A DNA stretch of 32,000 nt from an uncultured archaeon (GTDB lineage Archaea > Asgardarchaeota > Lokiarchaeia > Sigyniarchaeales > Promethearchaeaceae): NCBI GenBank assembly GCA_964426185.1, contig CAYRPF010000005.1:38997-70996 (forward strand), read 5' to 3'. Below are positions 25,779 through 32,000 of the stretch, one piece after another. Position 1 is the stretch's first letter, and each line of letters opens with the position of its first letter. A model generated the notes under the pieces. That model was not told the origin of the DNA. It saw only the letters and a list, made by a program, of their open reading frames with translations, and did no database searches. Both the position numbers and the translations under genes were made by a program.

Positions 25779-28739
25779 TTATTTTTTGGGTAATTTTCTT
25801 GGGCCAATAAGTTGATTTATTAATTTTGGTATTTCTTTGAGTTGTAGCATTGTTTGGGGTGAAACAGTTACAGATTTCCCAATTTTTTGAATAGCGAGTA
25901 AACTATATATTATCCGTTCTAAGTAGTCGATTAAATCTCCTGGAAAAATTTTTATCTCGAATTCATCTTTGAATACTTGAACTATCTCGGAAATACTCAA
26001 TCCACTCAAACGGTAATCGAAAATAAATCCTTCTACATTTTTCCGACCACAGTCGCAGTAAGGTGAATCCTCGCAAGAGCAATTGAAAATATCTTCTATC
26101 CAGCGAATTATCGTTTCGTATACTCTTCGATTGAGCCGTCCTCTTTGTTTTTTGCCCATGTAATCTGCGGAAATCATGGATAAAACCGAATTAGAAAATA
26201 AATTATTAGAACGAGATTGTCTTTCACTCTTTAAACTGAGTTCTGCCAACATTCGATTAGTAACATAAACGTTCATAAATTTATTCAAACTTTGTGCCAA
26301 GATTAGCATATCTGGGGCGGGGTTTTCTTCAGTTACTGGTCTAGTTAGTTCTTTACGAATTTGGATTGCCTGTGAAAGCGACAGATATGATTCTGCTACA
26401 GCTTTTCCAAACTTAGTGGTTCGAAATTCTGTGTTATTGTAAACAGGACGAATCATATGCACACGATAAAGATATTTTATGGCTGATTTAAGATCGAAAT
26501 CTCCATTAAATAATAGAGAATGAAAATACCGTAGATTTCCTTTGCTTATACCACGTTCAAGGGTTCTATCATAACTATACATACTTATAATGGCTAAAAT
26601 CTCGGCATATTGGAGTTCATCATTTGGAGGTAATTGTAATGCTTCAATTTCTCCTTTAAGCAGACGCATGGCTAATTGTTCTTCTGTTTCCATATATGCT
26701 GCTGTAAATGTTTTTCCAGGCGTAATCAGCAGATATACCTTGCCAAGGTCATGTTTTTTTAGTCTTCCAGCGCGCCCACTCATCTGTTCAAAATCTGCAA
26801 CAGTTAATGGTTGAATACCCATGACTAAAGAATAAAATACAACTAAACTGGCTGGAAAATCTACCCCAGCTGCAAGTGCTGCTGTTGTGACGACACATGC
26901 CACCTTTTGCATCTCAAATGACTTTTCTATGAATTTTCTTTTACCATAATCTAAGCCTCCATGATAAGCATAGGCGGTAATATTGTTTTTTCTCAGCTGT
27001 TCAGCCAATTTCTCAGTATTTTTTCGAGAATTGGTAAAAACTATGGTTTGCCCTTTAAATCCAAAGCTTGATTTAACCCGATATTCTTCTCGAACCAACC
27101 TTCGAAGATGTTTGAATTTTGTAGGCTCATCCATGCAAATAACTAAGTGTCTTTCAATTGGAACAGGTCTATCTTTATAATGAATAAGTGATGCACGAAT
27201 ATGTGTTGCTAGTTTCTCTGGATCTGAAATAGTTGCACTCAAGTATAACATTTGAGCTTTGGGAAGATAAAGTCGTAAGCGGGCGATTAATCCATCCAGA
27301 ATAAAACCCCTTTCAGGGTCTGCTAACATTTGGATTTCATCCACAACTATGGTCCGAAAGTCACGTAGCAAATATGGATGACCGCTTCTTAATAAGATAT
27401 CGATTGCCTCATATGTGGCAATCACGACATCTGCTTTTGTTAAGGTGCCTAAATCTTCTTTAACACCTGCTTTTCGAGAAATGTGAGAAATCCCTATTTT
27501 CAAAGCGGAATTTACTCCAATTTTCTGCAATTCTTTATATTCTTGAAAACGCATATTTGCCAAAGCCACAATTGGAACTAAATATAGCATTTTTGCTTTG
27601 GATTTGATCTTTTTCATCGTTTGCAGAAATTTTACTTGCACCTCGCTAAACGTATATGATTCATCCTTGGAGTAGTGACTTTTTGATCTTGAATTATGGA
27701 ATGGATTTTTCTGATTATTGTTTTTGGTCAAGATTTGAATTTTATTCTCTATAATTTTACCAATCCCCGCCATTTCCCCTATCATTGTTTTTCCCGAGGA
27801 AGTTGAAGATACAATTAATTCATCTTGGTTGTGAAGTAATCCATGTTCCAAAGCCATAATTTGTGCAGGGAGTAATTCAACCCGATGTTTTTTAGCATAG
27901 AAAATTTGTAAAGGATAAGGAATTGGAAAATCCCAGATGGTTCCTTTTTTTTCATTGGCTTTTTGAATCTTCTTCTTGCGCACATTAACCAAAGTTGCTT
28001 CGCGATGAGCGATGATATCGAAATTTGGGTTAAAAATATTCAGAACCTTCACTACATCATTATATCGCTTTAACATTTTACTTAAATATTTTTTAAACTC
28101 GGAAGTTATTTCTATTCGCGTTTTCAACATGGCTACTATCTCATTTCCAGCGCATTTTCGACAAACATAAAAAGCTTGGTTCTTATAACGGTTGTATTCA
28201 TCAATTAGTGTATATCGCTTGTTTTGTCTGCATGAATGACAAAAAAGATAATTTCGTATTTTATCATAATGAAGTGCATTTAAATAATTATAAACTGGGG
28301 TTAAGGAATTCAAATACTCGTTCATTTGTTGAATTTGGATCTCGTGAGCGTCAGTTTCTACAACTTGAAAGTTATCCATTTGATGCCCTTGTGGGCGATT
28401 TAAATGATTTCCAACAATACAAAATTGTGCGTGAAGGATAAAGTAACGAAAATCACTTGGATCTAAAACTTTCAAGGCATTCTCTGGGTTTGTCGCCTTT
28501 AGATTTCTTTTCCAAAATTTGAAAGGAACATATGAACCATTTTCTGTTTCCACATCAAATAGCACTAATCCTGTAAAAAATGGCAACTCACGATAACGCA
28601 GTTCATGATAAAACTGATCATCCTTGATAATATCAAAACACACTACATCAAAGTACTTTTTACGGGGATGTTCTAAGTCCTTATCTAGTATAGTGAAATA
28701 TTTTTTTTTTTGCAAAATACCAGAAATACTGGGCGACAT
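25779..28739 (-). CDS. Archaeal SF2 DEAD/DEAH-box helicase (COG1202/DUF5814-type)
   Basis: STSSGKT, YLVPIVALAN, TYE, DEIQ, LSAT, YHGGL, TTAALAAGVDFPA, QMSGRAGR; N-terminal CxxC pairs; C-terminal CSCEDSPYCDCG. Confidence 0.9.
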   Translation of the reverse strand: MSPSISGILQKKKYFTILDKDLEHPRKKYFDVVCFDIIKDDQFYHELRYRELPFFTGLVLFDVETENGSYVPFKFWKRNLKATNPENALKVLDPSDFRYFILHAQFCIVGNHLNRPQGHQMDNFQVVETDAHEIQIQQMNEYLNSLTPVYNYLNALHYDKIRNYLFCHSCRQNKRYTLIDEYNRYKNQAFYVCRKCAGNEIVAMLKTRIEITSEFKKYLSKMLKRYNDVVKVLNIFNPNFDIIAHREATLVNVRKKKIQKANEKKGTIWDFPIPYPLQIFYAKKHRVELLPAQIMALEHGLLHNQDELIVSSTSSGKTMIGEMAGIGKIIENKIQILTKNNNQKNPFHNSRSKSHYSKDESYTFSEVQVKFLQTMKKIKSKAKMLYLVPIVALANMRFQEYKELQKIGVNSALKIGISHISRKAGVKEDLGTLTKADVVIATYEAIDILLRSGHPYLLRDFRTIVVDEIQMLADPERGFILDGLIARLRLYLPKAQMLYLSATISDPEKLATHIRASLIHYKDRPVPIERHLVICMDEPTKFKHLRRLVREEYRVKSSFGFKGQTIVFTNSRKNTEKLAEQLRKNNITAYAYHGGLDYGKRKFIEKSFEMQKVACVVTTAALAAGVDFPASLVVFYSLVMGIQPLTVADFEQMSGRAGRLKKHDLGKVYLLITPGKTFTAAYMETEEQLAMRLLKGEIEALQLPPNDELQYAEILAIISMYSYDRTLERGISKGNLRYFHSLLFNGDFDLKSAIKYLYRVHMIRPVYNNTEFRTTKFGKAVAESYLSLSQAIQIRKELTRPVTEENPAPDMLILAQSLNKFMNVYVTNRMLAELSLKSERQSRSNNLFSNSVLSMISADYMGKKQRGRLNRRVYETIIRWIEDIFNCSCEDSPYCDCGRKNVEGFIFDYRLSGLSISEIVQVFKDEFEIKIFPGDLIDYLERIIYSLLAIQKIGKSVTVSPQTMLQLKEIPKLINQLIGPRKLPKK

Positions 28740-28835
28740 TACTCACTTATTACTAATATTTTGCACTTTTTTTGTTTTTCGCTTTTCAGAGCGAAGAACG
28801 AGAGGGAAATAGAATTAATTAGAATTAAAAAATAA

Positions 28836-28994
28836 TTAGAATCCAAAAGCTGATTTAATATCTCCATAGATACGAGAAATTTCTTGTAATTTTTGAGTAT
28901 CATCCATAACAGATTTAATCCAACCCGCTAACCCTTGATCACCTTGTTTCACCCATTCTAAAAAGATTTCAACTGTAGCTCGATCATCAGACAT
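28836..28994 (-). CDS. Small hypothetical protein, 52 aa (not in ORF track)
   Basis: MSDDRATVEIFLEWVKQGDQGLAGWIKSVMDDTQKLQEISRIYGDIKSAFGF*; AAGTGAT SD-like motif; TTTTTAACTC box at 29030-29039; T-tract after the stop. Confidence 0.7.
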   Translation of the reverse strand: MSDDRATVEIFLEWVKQGDQGLAGWIKSVMDDTQKLQEISRIYGDIKSAFGF

Positions 28995-29029
28995 AACACA
29001 TCACTTTGATGAGCTTTATTGTTTTTATG

Positions 29030-29039
29030 GAGTTAAAAA
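29030..29039 (-). promoter_or_regulatory. TATA-like promoter element TTTTTAACTC
   Basis: Same 10-mer as at 5690 and 6749; ~36 nt upstream of ATG 28994. Confidence 0.5.
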
Positions 29040-29081
29040 TGTTAGCAATAACATTTTATGGATTCAAATTAAAGTACTACT

Positions 29082-30149
29082 ATGAATATTCAAATTAAAT
29101 CCCCGAATCCAGATGATATTTGGGACCTTTGGAAGCGACAAAATGCAAAATCGCAGAATCTTGAAAAACATTATAAAATTAAAGGCTCCACATTCAACTT
29201 GGATAATATAACCTCCTCAGAATATGTAAAAGATGTCGAAAAAGGTGCGATTTTACTTTATTTACGAACAGAAAAATCGTTGCCCGAAGATGCAAAACCG
29301 AAAGTGAGGCAAATTTCTCCCAAAAAAGTTACTAAAGAAAGTTTTTATGATTTTAGGACTTCTCCCACCAAAAAGAATTGGAAAGGAGACAATGTCGTGC
29401 CATTCCTTAACACACTTAAACCTGTTAAGTGTCCTTCATGTGAAGGTTCTGGAAAAGTACAATGTTCTAAATGCAAAGGACAGCGTTTTGTAGTTTGCAC
29501 AAATTGTGGTGGTAAAGAGAAAAAGTGCAAAAAGTGTAATGGAACAGGGAAATTGAGTGAAACGATAACTGTAATTAACGAAAAAGGTGAAAAAATAAAG
29601 AAAGAAATCGTTTTTCAATGTAATGAATGTTTTGGCTCTGGCAGCGTGACATGTAAAAAGTGCGGGGGCACTGGTAAAATTTTATGTACGTATTGTGATG
29701 GAACAGGCGTTTATCGTTGTGATAAATGTGACGGCTATGGAATCACGTACCAATATGAGATTAAACCAGTTCCTTTTAAATATGATTCGCAAACGGAGCC
29801 GATGCTATTTAGTTCTATTAAATTATCTGGATTAGAATCTCAAATTGGCAGAGATATTCAACAAGCATTGGATCAAGTTGAAGGGATTTTAATTCGCCAC
29901 CCAGAAAAAGAGCTTAATAAAAAATTTATTGAACCTTCATTGGGATATATTTCCAAAGAAATTCAGAAAATTGCGAAAAACGTGAAAAAAGAGTGGGAAT
30001 CCGCCCAAAGAAGTTCAAATTTGTCTATTTCACTTCCAATTTATTTATTTCCTGTTCTTATTTTGAAATGTGAAACCAAGAAAGGCAGAAGTTTTCAAGT
30101 TTTTGCCATTGGTTCGGAAAAGAAATATCGTGTGTACGGTAAAATCTAA
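29082..30149 (+). CDS. DnaJ-type CxxCxGxG zinc-finger repeat protein without J-domain (SSUH2-like architecture)
   Basis: 8 CxxCxG motifs (CPSCEG, CSKCKG, CTNCGG, CKKCNG, CNECFG, CKKCGG, CTYCDG, CDKCDG); no HPD motif. Confidence 0.8.
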   Translation: MNIQIKSPNPDDIWDLWKRQNAKSQNLEKHYKIKGSTFNLDNITSSEYVKDVEKGAILLYLRTEKSLPEDAKPKVRQISPKKVTKESFYDFRTSPTKKNWKGDNVVPFLNTLKPVKCPSCEGSGKVQCSKCKGQRFVVCTNCGGKEKKCKKCNGTGKLSETITVINEKGEKIKKEIVFQCNECFGSGSVTCKKCGGTGKILCTYCDGTGVYRCDKCDGYGITYQYEIKPVPFKYDSQTEPMLFSSIKLSGLESQIGRDIQQALDQVEGILIRHPEKELNKKFIEPSLGYISKEIQKIAKNVKKEWESAQRSSNLSISLPIYLFPVLILKCETKKGRSFQVFAIGSEKKYRVYGKI

Positions 30150-30171
30150 TATCGTGTGTACGGTAAAATCT
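30124..30171 (+). repeat. Perfect 24-bp tandem duplication
   Basis: AATATCGTGTGTACGGTAAAATCT x2 (30124-30147, 30148-30171). Confidence 0.95.
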
Positions 30172-30208
30172 CTTTTTCTTCTTTATTTGCAGATATAGAG
30201 GAATTTTT

Positions 30209-31954
30209 ATGGAGAATATGCCTCATTCAAAATCAGCTATAAAAGAAAGTTCAAATAATCGATTACTTATTTTATCACTTTCATGCTTGATGGGAGTCAT
30301 TGGTGGGTTATTTGCTGCAGTACTTCGATTTTTAATTGAGATTATTTCTTACTTTTTTACCGAAATTCTATTGCCACATATCTCATTGGTGATTCAGGAT
30401 TATAATCTTGGTTATCTTTTACTTCCTACAATTGGTGGTTTGATTGTTGGTATAATAATCTCTAAATTTTCTAAAGAGGTCCAAGGTTCTGGAATTCCTT
30501 ATCTATTGGAATCAATGACCTTTAAAAGCGCCAAAATTTCTCCCCGCGTCGGGTTGTTTAAAACCATTGCAACCTCAATTTCAATCGGAACAGGTGGAAG
30601 TGCTGGGAAAGAGGGCCCAATTGCATTAATTGCGGCTTCGTTCGGCTCATTTTTTGGAGGAAAACTCTCTCTTCGGCCTGAAAATAAGCGTTTGTTGATG
30701 ACATGTGGATTAGCCGCAGGAATTGCGGGGACATTTGGTGCTCCAGCGGGAGGCGCGCTTTTCGGTTTAGAAATTCTTTATCAAGGTATTACGCTATCTG
30801 CTGGTATTCCAGTTTTTTTGGCAGCTGTGATTGGATCGGTGGTTACTGGGCTATTTTATGGATATGACAACATATTTGCCGTGGATTTTGATCCTTCTTC
30901 CATAAAAATAGCAGAATACCCTATTTTTATTCTTTTAGGTGTTTTCTGTGCAATAGTGGCATATCTTCATATATTTTCTTATAAAAAGATATCACGTTTA
31001 TTCCACAAAATGAAAATTCCTCTATTCATTAAACCCGCTATTGGAGGTCTTCTTGTCGGCCTATTAATTATGTTTTATCCTGACTCGGGTTTGTATGGAA
31101 CTGGTTTTAATGGAATTCAGCAAGCTTTTGATGAAAATTTGGCTTTAGGGATGTTGGTAATTCTTCTAATCCTAAAAATTCTCGCTTCTTCAGCCACTAT
31201 TGGATCAGGAGGTAGCGGTGGCGTATTTGCCCCGTTAGTGTATATTGGTTGTATGGCAGGAGGTGCGTTCGGAACTGCTGGGAATTCGCTTTTCCCTTCC
31301 TTAATTTCGACTCCTGCACTTTATTGTATTTTAGGTTCTGCAGCAGTGTTTTCTGCCTCGGCACAAGCACCTCTCAACATAAGTTTAATAATAGCAGAAA
31401 TGACAGGTCATTTTGATGTTTTCCCTCCACTTATTGTAACTTCTATTTCCAGTTATTATGTTGGACGAATCTTCTTTAAAGGATCCTCAATTTACACTTT
31501 AATTCTTGGACGAAAAGGACATCATCTCAAAGCAGACACTATTTATTTGTTGGGAACCACTCAAGTCCACGAAATAATGTCCACTAACCTGGTTACTGTT
31601 TCATCATCCATTAAAATTTCTGATTTTGCTCAGCTAAGTAATCAATACCACCCTTTAAACAAATTTCCAGTGGTAGATTTTGGAAATCTAAAGGGTATTG
31701 CATTTATTGATGATATAAATAAAATCCCTTACAATTCTTGGGAGTCAACTACCATAAAAAGTATTATGCGAACTGAACATACAATTATTTCTGCAAAAGC
31801 AACCCTGCAAGAAGCTATGGATCGCATGAATCAATATAACCTTCGCGCTCTGGTAGTTGCAGAAAAGATAGAGGGGACAGATAAATACAATCTTCAAGGT
31901 TTGGTTACTTTTAATGATATTATCTCGGTGTGGCAAAAAGAGAGAAAAAAATAA
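30209..31954 (+). CDS. CLC family Cl-/H+ antiporter with C-terminal CBS pair
   Basis: GSGIP, GKEGP (gating Glu), FGLEI (proton Glu), GGVFAP, SIY; CBS motifs VHEIMST, FPVVD, GLVTFNDI. Confidence 0.93.
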   Translation: MENMPHSKSAIKESSNNRLLILSLSCLMGVIGGLFAAVLRFLIEIISYFFTEILLPHISLVIQDYNLGYLLLPTIGGLIVGIIISKFSKEVQGSGIPYLLESMTFKSAKISPRVGLFKTIATSISIGTGGSAGKEGPIALIAASFGSFFGGKLSLRPENKRLLMTCGLAAGIAGTFGAPAGGALFGLEILYQGITLSAGIPVFLAAVIGSVVTGLFYGYDNIFAVDFDPSSIKIAEYPIFILLGVFCAIVAYLHIFSYKKISRLFHKMKIPLFIKPAIGGLLVGLLIMFYPDSGLYGTGFNGIQQAFDENLALGMLVILLILKILASSATIGSGGSGGVFAPLVYIGCMAGGAFGTAGNSLFPSLISTPALYCILGSAAVFSASAQAPLNISLIIAEMTGHFDVFPPLIVTSISSYYVGRIFFKGSSIYTLILGRKGHHLKADTIYLLGTTQVHEIMSTNLVTVSSSIKISDFAQLSNQYHPLNKFPVVDFGNLKGIAFIDDINKIPYNSWESTTIKSIMRTEHTIISAKATLQEAMDRMNQYNLRALVVAEKIEGTDKYNLQGLVTFNDIISVWQKERKK

Positions 31955-32000
31955 GAATTATTATTCAGATTTTTTTTTCATGTGCAATTGATAACTCAAA

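Noticed and set aside
29082-30149. dnaJ gene call
   Set aside because: No J-domain/HPD motif or G/F region, and no dnaK/grpE nearby
30124-30171. 24-bp direct repeat as a CRISPR remnant
   Set aside because: Copies are directly adjacent with no spacer, the sequence is coding-derived, and no cas genes are present
608-31936. Short nested or antisense ORFs in the track (e.g. 608, 2715, 4566, 5103, 6088, 9223, 9830, 11037, 11608, 12667, 18665, 21300, 22179, 24375, 26590, 26983, 28208, 28624, 29345, 29436, 31745)
   Set aside because: Fully or largely overlap well-supported genes and show shadow-frame composition with no motifs
1-32000. Genome-wide UGA reassignment as the explanation for the 22417 frame
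   Set aside because: TGA ends complete genes here (histone, GDPD, uppP, ABC ATPase), and long genes have no internal TGA

Overview
AT-rich, gene-dense archaeal chromosomal window. It is most consistent with an Asgard archaeon (Lokiarchaeia/Promethearchaeota), inferred from the archaeal histone, pyruvoyl arginine decarboxylase, deoxyhypusine synthase, COG1202-type helicase, GGTGA-type SD sites and a TPR protein with a longin/uDENN-like tail. About 28 CDS are present, covering amine/polyamine metabolism, lipid-phosphate enzymes, transporters (2x EamA, ABC pair, CLC), a helicase and large repeat proteins. I saw no rRNA, tRNA, CRISPR array, integrase or transposase. Most notable: (1) a histone with a 27-aa Lys/Ala/Pro N-terminal tail and altered DNA-contact and tetramer residues; (2) a strongly divergent RtcB-fold protein head-to-head with an HD hydrolase; (3) an SD-led 179-codon frame at 22417-22953 interrupted only by two TGA-TCC codons, with a SECIS-like hairpin; (4) a multi-TM HEAT solenoid convergent with a TPR-longin-like protein; (5) an SSUH2-like 8x CxxCxG protein whose stop codon sits at the junction of a perfect 24-bp tandem duplication; (6) two small ORFs missing from the ORF track and a GC-rich intergenic inverted-repeat element. 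All family calls come from motifs recognised by eye; no searches were run.
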